A stretch of 63,247 nucleotides of DNA, the filler included, from Choristocarpus tenellus KU-1152 (lineage: Eukaryota > Protista > Phaeophyceae), in NCBI GenBank assembly GCA_964200185.2. It is 11 parts of 11 records of this genome, joined end to end, with 100 filler letters (N's around TTAATTAATTAA, not from the genome) between each part and the next. Parts side by side here need not be neighbours in the genome. Positions count along the whole stretch, not along the records: positions 1 to 11,365 come from CAXNAD020002366.1; positions 11,466 to 15,864 come from CAXNAD020014729.1; 9 more parts are not named here. One strand, given 5' to 3'. Within the stretch, counting starts at the first letter, position 1; the number at the start of each line of letters is the position of its first letter. The notes beneath the pieces were generated by a model, which searched no databases, was not told where the DNA came from, and was given only the letters and a program-made list of their open reading frames with translations. Position numbers and translations under genes: made by a program. Shown one piece after another: positions 1 through 13,411 of the stretch.

Positions 1-1619
1 CTGAACTCCTCAGGATTGCACTTTGGACAGTGGAGGAGAAGAGGGAGAGTGTGGCATAACCCCTTTGCATCTTTGCAAGCAAGGGCAGCTTATTCTTTTG
101 TATGCTGCGGTCAAGGTGTGGTGTGGAAATGCGACCTACACACAAACTATACTACCTGGGGATGGATGAATAATTCAGCTTGATGTGAGTGGTGTTGAGA
201 TCCATCTTCGTGTGGTTCTCATGATCTAACCCTTCCCTCTTTCACATCCTAATGTCCATGTAAAAACATCATGGGTTCCAGAGCTGAAGTAAACGAAAGC
301 AACACAGGTTTTGATCATCTTGCACTTTAAGCCAACTTTTCAATCTTTTGAAATTCACCCATAATTCCCATGAATTAGGTGCTTAGTTTGACTTGAGAGC
401 GTTGATTTCTTTGTTGTTTGAAAACTTTCGATATAATTCGGCAGAGTTCCTACTATACTCTTTTGTGCAAAAAACCTGAACTTTGGACATACCTGTCCGC
501 ACCCTCAGGGTCACAACCAAATGTTGTTCACATAGAAGACAAGGTCAGGAACAACATTGTTACTGAACATTTGAGGAGGGAAGGGGCATAGTACCACATA
601 GTAGGGTAAATAAATAAAATGGTTTTGTGTTCCACATCCCATCCCTATAAGGGTAAAAATTACTTCTGGGGCCATCTACCCACTCTTTGTTCACCCTGAA
701 AGAAATAACCGTTTTATATACCTGAGGGAGGCCACCCATCTCCAGATGAGGTAAAATATTTCAAGTTTTACTGCTGCAGTAGCAAGCAAGTAGTAAGGGG
801 AATGGTACCTTCAATTCAAAACTATTTCACATATCACAATACCACAGAATCTCGGTTGGTATGGAGGGCAAATGGCGAAGACCGGGTTGCTCTGTACAGA
901 AGTGGTGTGTAGATGACAGAGTAAGGTACATCATGATGCAAAACAGATGGAGGTGCAGACTGTGCTGCTATCTGTCTTGTACACAGGAACAAGGCAGTGG
1001 AGTGCTTTTGAGACTTAAGCAACACTACAGTTTCCTCCTAATCTCCCGCCAGGAGTATCCAAGTCAGTATCACCTGCCCCTCAATCATGATATCCCTTTT
1101 TTCAAGGAGTTAGAGCTATTGAATAATACCCTCTAGCGTTGACAAAGCAGTGTAATGTCCTCCAGAATGTTAATAATACAGCAACATTGTGTCAGCTATG
1201 TAGGGAGGAGTGCACTGCTCAGAACTATCTTCCCTCAATCAAGCAATTGTTCCAAGCAAATCCAAGCTACATACCAAGGCGACAAGCACCAAGATCTCAC
1301 AACCAAACACACTTACAGTCAACTGCAGAGATAAAAACTTGAGTGCTGAGACATCACCCACATGCTATCTCTCCATGAAACTAACCCCTTTGCCCATTCT
1401 TCTCACGCATCGGCAGTGTGTCTAATCTTACGGAGCAACACAAAGTACAGTAGAACTAACTGAAGCATGGCTTCAGATGACACTGGAAGGACCACATACA
1501 GGAACAGGCAACAAAAACATAACAAAAACATGCAGTCACAAGAATGCCTCTGTGCTCTCACAAGGTTTCTTTCACCAACCCCTTACCATCTGACTTTCAA
1601 ATCAAATGCGCAGCTGTGC

Positions 1620-4600
1620 CTACATTCCCATTCCTCCCATTCCTCCCATGCCCCCCATGCCCCCCATCCCACCACCACCACCGCCCATCATGGGAGGAGC
1701 ATCTTCAGTTGGAAGGTCTGTCACCATGGCTTCTGCTGTCATCAAAAGTCCAGCCACACTCTGGGCATCCACAAGGGCGGTGCGTACCACCTTTGCATTT
1801 TTTCATTAGGGTGCAAACCAAAGGGTGGAGGATTCAGTGTGAAAAATAAAATCTTTTGGCACTCCAAAAATAATAATAATCTCGACAGATACTGGACAAT
1901 TCTATCATAGTACCTCAATTTTCAGCAGTCTACAGTGCATATCGACACACGTAACCAATCCCTAGCAATCTTTTAGTTTGTCATGATCTCATCCTCAACA
2001 CCATCTAAACAATAAATAGTCACTATCCGCTTGCCATATGCCAAAGCATCACATGTTGGACGTACTCATCTCTGGACAAGTGCTTTCCCAAGATATTTCA
2101 AAGCACAAGAGTAGTAACCTTACCTTTGTAGGGTCAATAATGCCTGAAGTAATCATGTTCCCGTATTCTGATGTTGCCGCATTGTAGCCCCACGCTGGCT
2201 CTTCAGCCTTGAGTAGCTCACCCACAACAACAGCACCCTCCACACCAGCGTTAGCAGCAATGGTGCTCACTGGAGCCCTAGGGAAAAAAACAAGGGGGGC
2301 AGACGTTGAGCCATATGGTTGTGGAATGACTGAAACTGTATGGACTACAAACGCTAGCAGAATTGGAAAGGGTGATCAACATAAACTGAAAGCTGCTCTG
2401 CAAAAGCAAGAGTGTTGGTATGGCAATTTGAACCACAGTATTATGTTCAACTGCCAATGCCAACTGACAGAAACCACCATACTGTAGTCAACAGAAAAAT
2501 CTCAATCCTAAGGTACTAGCTATCTCGCTTACAAGTCTCCAGGTCTATGGCTCGATGGAAAGCTCTTACCTAAGTGCCTTTTCAATGATCTCCACTCCAA
2601 TGCGCTGGTCCATGTTGGCGCATGCTGACTTTGCACCCTGTGGATGCATATGCCAATGAGGTGAAAGGAAGGCAACATGTATTGGAGGTGAAAACAAAGA
2701 GGTCAAACTAATGGGAAGTGAAATCGTGAATGAGATAAAGAAAAGAAAAAAAATGTAGACTGGGGAACAGCAGAGTAGACCAGGCAGTGTAAAGGATCAT
2801 AAAGCACCTACAACATAGCGGACTGCAAGCCTATACTTGAGACAAAAATCGTGTGGGAGTATCTATATAATGTACACCAGTTAACAAATGTACACCCAAA
2901 AGATCTCACTAATGGAACTACTTCCTCAAGTAGCAAAGGTCAAGAAGAAGATACTTCGATGGTATTTCATCACATGTATCGGTATGTTTCAAATGAAAAA
3001 AAAGAGGAAAATGAGTCAACTTCCCACATCAGCTCAAATCACTACAGAAAAATGAGATAAAAAACAAATGAACACACACACACGCGCACGCACGCATCTC
3101 TCAAAAATTACAATAAACACTGCGAAACAGAAGTAACTACCACAAGACCACATCAACAGTGATGTATCCTTGACCAGAAACATACAAACTCGAGAAGGAG
3201 ATAGTTCTACAGCAAGCACACTTTCACTGCAGAAAGATAAAAAGACAACAAAAGTCATTGAATCAGAAACACGCCAATGGCATAACACCCACACCTCCAG
3301 CTGCCGTGAAGCCCACAGAAGTGCACTGCCTCCCCCAGGAACAATACCCTCAGAAACAGCAGCACGGGTGGCATTAAGGGCGTCCACAAATCGGTCCTTC
3401 TTCTCCCCAACCTCTACCTCAGAGCTCCCTCCCACCTGGCCATTAATGGGCAGGTTGACATCGTATGTAAGAGGGTGTGCTGATGATGGGCTTGGTTGCA
3501 GCAGCTTTGAAGGAGACAAATAGGGCAAATCTATAACCAGCAGGTCTTTGTTTGGAGGGCATGAAGGATATTTGATGGACAATATATATATATATAACCT
3601 GTTTTGAGAGGAACACGTTTGCAAGTACAGAACACCCTCAGGCAGGCACCTCACCAAGAAAAGCGTATCACAACAAAAATTTCAATTGTGCGAAGAATCC
3701 ATCAACTAAGATATGTTGTAAGCCTCTTGGATTTCGCTATGCTGTCCACCTAATTCCTCAACGGAAGCAGGTTTCTTCAAACCAAAAATACGGTATTGGC
3801 CAGCACACATTGCACAAGCACACATTGCACAAGCACAAAACAAAAGAGTATCACATTTCCTCCCACCACACAGAACCAAACAGCGCGCTAACACCCCCCC
3901 CTACAGAATCCACAGAATGCCTTCCTCCCCATGACTTACAATGCATTTCCCACTAACCATCACGTAACATGTGAGAGGGTGGGAGCCGCCTACCAAGTAC
4001 TTCCTGAAATACATACATATATCAAAGCATTCCTTAACACGGGGCAGTGAGCACACTTCACACAGGCATGCCGTGACGGTTCTTCACATTCTTAATGCAA
4101 GCACCTTGATGACAGCCACTCCGCTGTGGAGCTTGGCAAGGCGTTCCTGTAGCTTCTCCTTCTCATAGTCAGACTTTGTGCGCTCAATGCTTTCCCGGAG
4201 GAGCTGACACCTCTCCTCAATGCCATCCCTTGCACCCTGCCCATCCAGCACAATCGTATCATCTTTGGAAATTTTCACCTGTACAGCAAAAGTTATGGAA
4301 GGGAGAGTTGGGATGGGGGAGGGTTTAATTGTTTGCATAGAGGGAAGGGCAAAGTACTGCAGCCACACTAGTTGAGGGGCCAGGCTAGCATAATCTACTC
4401 CTACACATCAGCAATAAAAATCAGGTCTACACTGACTGATGGAGGCACATTTGAGTGAGAACCCAAGCAGTCCCTCAACATTATTTTATTTAAAGGCCAG
4501 TGATCAAACTTACCATGGGGCAGACAATCAGGTACACCCATGGAGGCAACATTATGACATGTTTTATGGCACCGAATCTGACTATTCACTGTACAATTAT

Positions 4601-7600
4601 ATTAGCTCAGGCCTATCATTAAGTAGCATCAACATTTCTGCATCTGCCAAAAGGGCAACTTTGGGCCTGGTCCCCTCCCAATACGCACCAGCTTGCAGGT
4701 GCCAAGGTGTTCGATCTTCGTGTCCTCCAGCTTCAGCCCAACCTCCTCACTCACCACCTGCCCCCCTGTAAGCACAGCAATGTCCTGCAGAGTGGCCTTA
4801 CGGTTGTCCCCAAACCCAGGCGCTTTGACTGCGCAGATCTAACTCAGACCATCAAGTTGGGGTAGGGAAAGGAAAAAAAGGGGCATTTTGTTCAACGTAG
4901 GGATTGACCCTGAAACTTGGCTTAGAAACAGGCAAGGCCATTCCCCGCCAAGCATTTCAACCATGACACCTTCTCAGCTACAACAGGCTTTATTGCAAGT
5001 CTTTTGAACCAGCAAGTTCATCTTCTTCCTACGCAGTACAGGTGGGGGTCTGTCCCTACATGAGAACACCACATAACGTAAGCCGCACGTCCAGACTGGT
5101 CCCATTTACAACAGGGTTTTCCCACTACGATGACTTTCACCTGTACAGATTATAGAAAAATACAACTAGGAATAAACCAACTGATTATTACATCAGTTTT
5201 ACAATGCACAACCAAATTATCACAACTCCTTTAGTAGCAGCCTTATCAAACAAACCGATCTCTGACTCTGCCTAGCACCATGCCCACATGACCATAGTCA
5301 CTTCCACCTCCCCGATAGGATTCCGCCTAAAAGAAACAGTGAAGAGTTGAGCCTATTTACAGCTTCCATATATCAAACAGCAATGTGCTAGAGTTCAACC
5401 CCAGCAGTGGTGTAAACAAAAGTGTGGTCTAGTCAGCGCTACGTGATGCCTAAAAAATATACTGCTTGCAGCGTATGCTAACTAACTCAAAAACATTAGG
5501 AGTCAATATCAAGACATCACACCACTCTGTCAACTCCCAATTTTTTAGTGGGTGAAAACAACGAGACTCCAGGATCTAGAGGGAAGATGATCCCCCCAAA
5601 AGGTCCTCTCTCTTTACCACTGGAATTTATTCAGAGTGCTGGACAAGAACCCATCCACTATATTGTGGTACCTTTTTATATTTTCCTGCTTGTGTTGCCC
5701 AGGCATATAGAGTGGGATACAACCACAGAAAGGCAGTGCACCAGATACCATCCCAACCTTTTTGTGATCCTCTTCCTCTCTCTGTACACCACAACAACAA
5801 GGCTCAAGGCGGGCAAATCATTATCTCCCTTCTCCATCCCCTCTACTCATAGAAATTCGAACTTGCAGATCCATCAGCCTGTGACCTACACAGCAGTTAC
5901 AATAATATCAACCAGTTTTGACTTGAACTCCTTCAGCAAGGGTATTTTTTTTCTCCATTTCTTTTCAAGACCACGCAAGTACAATCACAGCCCCTCCACA
6001 AAACACAACTTTACCAAACTCCTCGAATCAATAAATCTCCCTGCCTATGTAGTCACACTCTGAACTTGTACCACTTCCTCCAATCATCTCGCACCTTGAT
6101 ACCAGCCCTTAGCTTGTTGACAACAAGGGTAGCCAGCGCCTCTGATTCCACATCCTCAGCAATGATCAACAGGGGGCGCTGATTCTTCATTGTTTCCTCC
6201 AGCAATGGGATCAGAGACTGGATTGTAGAGACCTATAGTTTTGTATTAATTTATATGGCGGGCGTGGTAAAGGCAAGATGGAGGGGATGATGGTGAGACA
6301 AACTATTCAGGTCAGAACAGTTGTTCGCCCCAATATTACATCTATACCTGTGGATAAAGAAATTATTTTTTCTGTTCATGGTTGTAGGACCTCCAATACA
6401 TCAGCAGCCGTTCTAAGGTGCATACACTCTATGGGGTGGTTGTAAAAGTCAGTGTGACATCACTACATATTTCACAAACCCGTACAACTATGAAAATTGG
6501 AGGTATGCACCTGGATTCACAGAGGTTTTCATAGTGATAGGAATAACATTGACTTGTGCGCATACAGTCTTACCTTTTCACTACCTCATCCTATACCTAC
6601 GAATCTCTAACTGTCACAACAGCTGATCGCTATCACTCTCACACTGACCACAAAGCCACACAAACGAGCCTCGACTGTGGTTTCCCCCTCTCCCCCTCAT
6701 ATCTCTCCCCTCCTACTCCAATGTTTTCCCTTATCCATACTGTCACCCTTGAAATTGATTACCTTCTTTTCCACCACAAGGATAAGTGGGTTCTCCAGCT
6801 CGCACAGCTGTGACTTATTGTCTGTAACAAAGTACGGAGAGATGTATCCACGGTCAAACTTCATGCCCTCCACCACCTCCAACTCGTTTTCCATTGTCTT
6901 GCCATCCTGTAGTGCACAAAAAAAAAAAACAGGATCAAGATAAATAACCTATTCAGAAGAGTCTTCATGCAGCAAGTAAACCATAAAGTAGAATTGGAAA
7001 AGGACAACAGGTGAACTACTCATTAGAAAAAAAAAACAAAAAAAACACACACACACTGTGCAACACCATGAAAATGAAAGGAAAGTTCTTGCGAGCAACA
7101 AACACCTTCAAAGCCAGATCCAATTCTGTTGCCCAGCACACAATGGAGTGATTGCAAGAGTGGGGAGGGTTGTGGGGATGTCAGCTATGCACAACCACAA
7201 AAAAACAATGAATGAGATTAGACAAGTTCCAGCCCCCCCGTGTGAACTCTAAAACATAATCAGGGAGTACCTGGAATTTCGGCAAGTCCTCTTCACTTTC
7301 TGACTGGTTATTAATGTACCTCACTTCACAAAAAAGGACACAAGAGGCGTGTATCTTACCTGCACAGTGATGACACCTTCCTTGCCCACCCGCTCCATGG
7401 CAGAGGCAATCAGCATGCCAATCTCCATTTCACTGCCAACAGGTGAATTTCAGGGACATTGTTCAGAATAGGCACATGAGGGTAAGGCATTTCTGTCAAC
7501 AGTCTGAGGGGAGGAGGGACTAACTTGTGTTGGTCTCTAAAGTGAAGAAATATGGGTTGTCCCAGCCAGCTACGCAACAAAGGTGCATGAAGTAAGAAGT

Positions 7601-10096
7601 ATTCACTCATAAATACGATGAAGGAGGAAACATCATTGCTGTGCATCTCTTCCTCCGATTGACCAGGGGATCTACATTCACCACAAAACAAGCAGGACAT
7701 CCATCATTCAAATCAACTGTGATGGGCATTTTTACCAGATATGTTGGAACCGGAATGCGACTGGGTGGGGATTAGTCTCCTTATCCAAGGTATGTAGTAT
7801 ACGTCAATAGCATCAACAAAAAGATCGATGCCAGGAGGATTTCTTCTTTGATACTTCCAGCCTCTTAGAAGAGGGGTTGTGACCTTGAAGGTGTCATTAT
7901 TTCATCAAAAAAAGTACTTTACACTCCCTCCTTGTCTTAGTTATACTCACCCCCCATCGACTCTTCACCCTTTACAAGCTGGAAGCAGAGACATTATACT
8001 CAAATCAAAAATACACACACACACATACATACCTGTTGGCGGATATGGTTCCAACCTGTGACACCTCCTCCTTGGTGGAGATTGGCTTGCTGATGTCCGA
8101 CAAGACTGCAATGACATGGTCTGTGGCCAGTTGGATGCCGCGGCGAAGGTCCATGGGGTTCATTCCTGCTGCCACTGCCTGCACCGATTACCAGCATTAG
8201 TCAACATTTGTCAGCACATGAGGACATGAAAGTCTACACACATTTTGTTCACAGGAGATTCGAGTGGATTTAGAAAAGAGCAATTCCAGTATTTTTAGTG
8301 TCAAAAAAAGGAACTCGAGAGCTATGAAAGGATTGCACTGCCCCCAAGGTTCATCACTTCATACATTGCCAACACATTCATGTAAAAGGCAACTGGGTGG
8401 GTATACAATACTTCGAAAAGAGATAACGTCATAAAAGCAAGTCACAATATGACCAGGATGCGGCACTTTGTCACCTCACACAGTAGCCTCACAGCACAAT
8501 ATCATTTCAGTTATACAGATCCATGTATTTCCACCCTCCACCATTCCTCCCAACCTAGCATTCACAATTCCTTTGCTTGAACACCCTCTCAGTGCCCAGA
8601 GCATCTCTCCTTCCCCCTGGGATTTATTTCTGTTATTACCCTAAGCCCTCTATACCACGAATAGCAGTACACACCACAAAAATCTCACCTTGCAGCCCTC
8701 TCTGAAGATAGCACGGGTAAGAATGGTGGCTGTAGTGGTGCCATCTCCTGCTGCATCGTTTGTCTTGGAAGCCACCTGCATTTTAAAGGTTTGGGTTCGG
8801 GATGAAGGCACCACAGGCTACTCTTCCTTTAGGAAACAAACTGGTGCAAGAATTTGGCAGGCATTGCATACATGCGACTCAAGATTCAAGCTACTGGAGT
8901 ACCGGGAACCATGGCAGGAGGCAGGCAAAACCTTCAAGCCTAGCAATCGCCAGTGTTGGTGAAAGCGCCTGTCTTGAGGGCAGATTGATGTTGAGATTTT
9001 TAGGAAGCGGTTTTAGGCTTGGCTGTGTGGGCAGGAATCAAACCTAAAACAGCAACAATCAAAGCAGGATACCGACATTTCACATACCTGTCGCACAAGC
9101 TGGGCACCCATATTCTGGAACTTGTCCTTGAACTCAACGTGCTTGGCAACCGTTACGCCGTCCTTGGTGATGCGGGGAACGCCATAAGATTGGTCCAGGA
9201 TGGCGCTGCGGCCCTTAGGCCCAAGAGTCACCTACAGGGCAGAGAGGCCACCAAAGGCAGCAAAGACGAGGCGGTGAGTAGCATTGCAAAGGCAATGTGG
9301 GCGTGACGGAAGTGGGGCTATTAGCGATGCGGCAATAGGTTTTCAACACGTGAAAGTATGAGACGCCCACATTCAACGACAACAGTATGATACAGCAAAG
9401 AAGTTTCATGATGAACGCAAGGTACCACATGAAGGACACCGATAGAACGCCCATGCCATTCAAATGACCCTTTAATATGGTATTTTTCTCTAGAGATAGT
9501 AGTGAGCAAGAAGCGGTGAGTCCTTCCCAGTCAGGGCCACGTTTTCTGTATTTTGATTGCAAGGGATGCATGCAGGCGCCAGGCTAAAAGCTTTTAAGGC
9601 AATCACCGTTCCTGACTCGATGCGAAAAAATACACATGTGGTGTTCAATTCATTGAACGTAACGAGGTGGATATGCTGTAGACAATACTATTATGATCAC
9701 GGCTTCACGCAAAATTTCAAGAAAACACCTCCAACACCCCGCTGTCTCGTCAGATAAGCTGAACGCTCCCTTACTCGCACCATATCGCGTACTAGTGAAC
9801 GCCTTTGTTGTCATTATATGCGAACTCATTCTAGCATCGAGAAAGTTGATTCGAAACAGCAGAAAGAAATCACAATCTCCCAAAAGCTAGGGGTGTGTCC
9901 AAAGTGAGATTGAGCATTGGGGTACTTATGCCCTGGGTGAGCGTACCTGGACGGCATCTGCAAGCATGTCCACACCCTGCAGCATCAATGCTCTGCCTTC
10001 CACCCCAAACTTGACATCCTTTCCGGTAGCTAGCCCCCGTACAGCTCTGAACGAAGCTCGCCTGGTAGAGAGCGCTGCTGCTTGTCGAAGATACAT
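1620..10096 (-). CDS. HSP60: Mitochondrial chaperonin 60 (Cpn60/GroEL family), complete, 13 exons, ~579 aa
   Basis: Exons read by eye (minus): 9947-10096, 9088-9231, 8689-8775, 8033-8178, 7360-7432, 6763-6906, 6095-6232, 4689-4838, 4105-4278, 3295-3435, 2570-2637, 2124-2277, 1620-1790. All are GT-AG and in phase, total 1740 nt. Motifs: [56 protein letters not shown] and a C-terminal GGM repeats tail. The N-terminus is an Arg/Ala-rich presequence ([23 protein letters not shown]). Confidence 0.97.
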
Positions 10097-11299
10097 GACT
10101 AAAACAAATCGCCAAAGCGTGCACTACAAAGTACTGCGATGAAGGTCACAACAATATCTGCAAGTGCGGTGGGAGCTTCTTAACTCGGAATTACCACCGT
10201 CGTTTCGCTGTGAAGATAGTACTTGTAATGGTACTGTCCACGAAGCCCTTGGCCTGAACCTACGGCAGTGAGTGGATGCAAAAAGGACTTGTCTTCCAGA
10301 ACTTCTCGCGCATAGTTGTAATTTTCTATATACGCGAGGGCTGGCTCTATTTCGTTCGTGACAACTTAACTCATTATACACTCTCTACACCATTATTATT
10401 AGTGAATATTTAATCCCACCCCTCTCACACCGTTCGTTCAGAACGATTGATTTGTACAATAGTAGGCCCTGTTCGCCATAACATACCATTGCTGTTAGCA
10501 ATCCTTCAACCACGAACCTAATGCTGGTCAAAATAGAGAGGCCTTCAACACAGTCGATGGTACAACGTGATAGGCAAACACAATTACCATTGCGTATTGA
10601 CACCCATCCATGTCTAAAACGCGAATAAATCCCTCCATGACTTAGGGTCTTTTTTTGGCGGAGTGTAACATCCTCATTATTATATTGTGATGACATTTTG
10701 CAGATAGATGTGTCAGGGAGAAACCAATGAAAACTATACATGTTGTCAGTATAAGCCCCATCGTTCCTGGAAAAAATAATTTAGAGATCTTTTTTATCGA
10801 ATGTGACAATCTGTAATAATGCTGGCTACATACAATGGTTACAGGGTTTTAGCGTACCTAGCACATTTAGTGCCAAAGACATAATTGTTGCGCTTACTCA
10901 TCAATTTCGTGTTCTGAATGATGTGAAGAAGATAATCCTGCACTGCTTCTCAAACTACTACTAAACTATCTCCTGGGCATACTGAGGTACATTTTATACT
11001 CAATGTTTTAAGACCATTCGACAATTTTTGAGTGATCAAGTGTTACAATCTGCCTAAGACGTTAACTTACAACGTGCTCCAAAGCATTGCCATTTCAGAA
11101 CCAAATCAATTCAGAGGTTGGCAGGTTTGGACCCTTTTGCATTCTAAGCCATTATTCTTCCTCTTTGCAATACTCTATTTCATTGCTTCCTATGCACAAC
11201 AATAGTGGACGCAAAATTGATATTCCCCCTTTCCACAAACAAAACAATACCACAACTAAGCAAAGGCTCTTTCTGCAATCGTAAAAAATGGCATATTTT

Positions 11300-11365
11300 G
11301 GGTCAAAGTATCTGGGGGGGGGTGTCGGCGTCCGTTTTTCACCCTTTTTCGATTTTCACTTTTTT
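11300..11365 (+). mobile_element. Terminal inverted-repeat end (G-tract variant of the MITE/Sola2-like TIR family), truncated by contig end
   Basis: GGGTCAAAGTATCT-G10-TGTCGGCGTCCGTTTTTCACC is nearly identical to 39468-39520 and shares its first ~14 nt with the MITE TIR. An opposite-facing end (...GATACTTTGAGCC) lies at 11466-11488. Confidence 0.7.
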
Positions 11366-11465
11366 NNNNNNNNNNNNNNNNNNNNNNNNNNNNNNNNNNN
11401 NNNNNNNNNTTAATTAATTAANNNNNNNNNNNNNNNNNNNNNNNNNNNNNNNNNNNNNNNNNNNN
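11366..11465. other. Artificial assembly linker N44-TTAATTAATTAA-N44 (first of ten)
   Basis: Identical 100-nt blocks also at 15865-15964, 22919-23018, 30609-30708, 35065-35164, 39592-39691, 44049-44148, 47257-47356, 53101-53200 and 59553-59652. TTAATTAATTAA gives stops in all six frames. Confidence 0.97.
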
Positions 11466-11961
11466 CCCCCCCCCCGATACTTTGAGCCACACCGCAGTAC
11501 AGAACAGTCGCATTGCATTCTACACGTAGGAATAGTATGCGTCACTTGAGCTGCACCACATAATGATTCAAGTTTTTTCTCTTGTTCTCTTGTTTGTCCT
11601 TCCTTTGTTTTTCTCTCTCTTTCTTCTTATCAGCAGAAGATGACAGTTGTACGTTAATTGTCGATTATTATTTCTTTCTTGGTTGCCATTGACTCCTCAT
11701 AATGCACCAAGCTCACTCTCCAATAAGTGTACCTGATGCACACCTGGATGTAATACATTCGGAGCTAAAACCATCCACAGAAACCCTTGTCCGCCAAGGT
11801 AACAAGCCTCTCCACAGAGCGTGGACTTNNNNNNNNNNGATTGAGCAACCAAGAATGCTGAATTCAAATCGCATCATTCTTGACTGAGAGATCAATGACC
11901 TCAGTTACAACGGAATAGATACATATTCACTGCATCCACCAGAGCATTCGGAGGGAGCTTG

Positions 11962-12665
11962 TGTTACAGCACGCTCCAGAAGCTTACCTCCACAGGATGC
12001 ATATGTCCAATCCACAAGCCTATAGAAGATGATGATGCTCGTGCAAGCCTTTCAGGATACTTCAACAGTCGAGGTGTCCGACACGCGGCAGGTTAGTAGG
12101 ACAGGGGTACTTATTTTTTTCAACGTCAGTGTGTAAATGGCATGAAACAAAAGAAGTCTCTTCTAGGGTGGCCTTCTACTAAGCTGCGCTCATTATTTCT
12201 TTTATCATTATGATTGAACGTATCCTAGAGGGTACGAGTTTTGCCCTATTTTTCCATTTGGGGCTTGGCTTCCCATGTTTTTTTATTAACATCTTCCTAC
12301 TCCAAAATGTTTCGGAGTAGGTAAAATGTGTACGTTATGAACAGTTGTGTCCAGAACAAGGATATTGACACTTCATAATTCATATGATAGACAAGATTAC
12401 ATCAAAATCACAACATTGGAGTTTGACCCCCAAATGGACGTGGCTCTACCTTATAAGATACTTTGACTCTCATCTGCGTTCTATTTTGTTTTGACTAACA
12501 GAAGTTGGAATACATATAAAAACTGTTGCAACATTGGCAAGTTACAAATCTTACTCTGCAGCCTTTAGCAAATCGGAGTTCCTCTTTACAAGGTTCCCCA
12601 CCCGTATATACTGCTTGTGCTTGTTAGAACGTAGGAAGAAATACTTGCACTATTCGCATGTAACA
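11962..12665. mobile_element. Solo LTR (TGTTACA...TGTAACA) with 4-bp TSD CTTG; contains a MITE
   Basis: 7-bp inverted TG..CA termini, with CTTG at 11958-11961 and 12666-12669. The left end is similar to 50314-50400. The right end is similar to 47357-47431 and 51020-51067. Confidence 0.8.
12212..12469 (+). mobile_element. MITE copy 1 (Sola2-like TIR family)
   Basis: TIR ~GAGTSAAAGTATCTTAGAGGGTA with the shared internal sequence; flanks TTAT/TCAT (3 of 4 match). Confidence 0.88.
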
Positions 12666-13411
12666 CTTGCCCCCCTTCTTAGCCTTTTTCTAGCTATATG
12701 GGGGACTTTGAAGACATTATCACGCTAGGACCCCAGCACTTCACTGTACACTGCGAAGAGGCTCTGCCAGGTGCGCTGTTGTGTTTCCCGAGGGTACATA
12801 TTGAACGCCCTCCTTGTGGTCTCCACCAAATCCTCCGTGTTGGCCACCCCCACATCTTCCTTCGGTCACTGGATGGAGTAAAAAAAAACCAGGTCATTGG
12901 TATTGAGGTCAGGTGGCTGGATCTCCATGACAACGTCGTCCCCCTCTGCCCCCTCGATCGCCTCCTTGTTCCCCCCCTTGGTGTGTGACTTTGCCCAGTC
13001 CTGCTGCACGACGATGATGTGTCCTTCAGACCTAGGCATGGCTGGCACAAACACCCCTGTGCCCTTAGGGCGGTGTTTGCTGGAGCTCTGAGCGACCTTA
13101 GTATCCACGATTGACCAGATCCTGATTTTCCCATCGAACCACACGTATGGACAATTCAACCACAGTAACTGATTTATGATGGCTCGTAAGAACTCCACCC
13201 CACGTTGGGGCTTACAACTCTGATATTTGTTTAGGGAGTGAGCATAGATCCAGTCAAGGACCAGATATGCTCCAAACACCAAACAATTGCAAACGCTTCA
13301 GCTATGTTAGGAAAACCTTCCATGCTGTGTCGACAACATCCCCAGAGTCAAGCAGGCTACCAATAGTAGCAAATTTTCCAGATCAACAAAGAACAGCATA
13401 CAATATCCAAC

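Larger units (their letters stand above)
11899..13150 (-). mobile_element. Degenerate plant/oomycete-type mariner (Tc1/mariner, DD37D-DD39D-like) transposase, C-terminal half, split by a solo LTR
   Basis: Minus translation WFDGKIRIWSIV...SSKHRPKGT...IIVVQQDWAKSHT...EIQPP-DLNTNDLVFFYSIQ*...WQSLFAVYSEVL..DNVFKVPH matches the FDGKIGIW / QQDxA / QPPNSPDLNxxDLGFF motifs. After removing the LTR and one TSD the frame continues KKGGK|LPPNALVD. Confidence 0.8.

Noticed and set aside
1-1136. Possible terminal exons of a plus-strand gene
   Set aside because: No recognisable homology or convincing splice chain.
10290-10310. Heat-shock element upstream of HSP60, and a divergent HSP10 gene
   Set aside because: TTCCAGAACTTC has only two correctly spaced nGAAn units, and no Cpn10 sequence was recognised.
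11410-11421. Recurrent palindrome TTAATTAATTAA as a biological motif or piggyBac site
   Set aside because: Always centred in identical N padding; it is an artificial six-frame stop linker.
12666-12690. Polypurine tract making 11962-12665 the 3' LTR of the adjacent Gypsy
   Set aside because: The purine run is mariner coding sequence (KKGGK) that continues beyond the LTR, and CTTG is duplicated on both sides, indicating a solo LTR.
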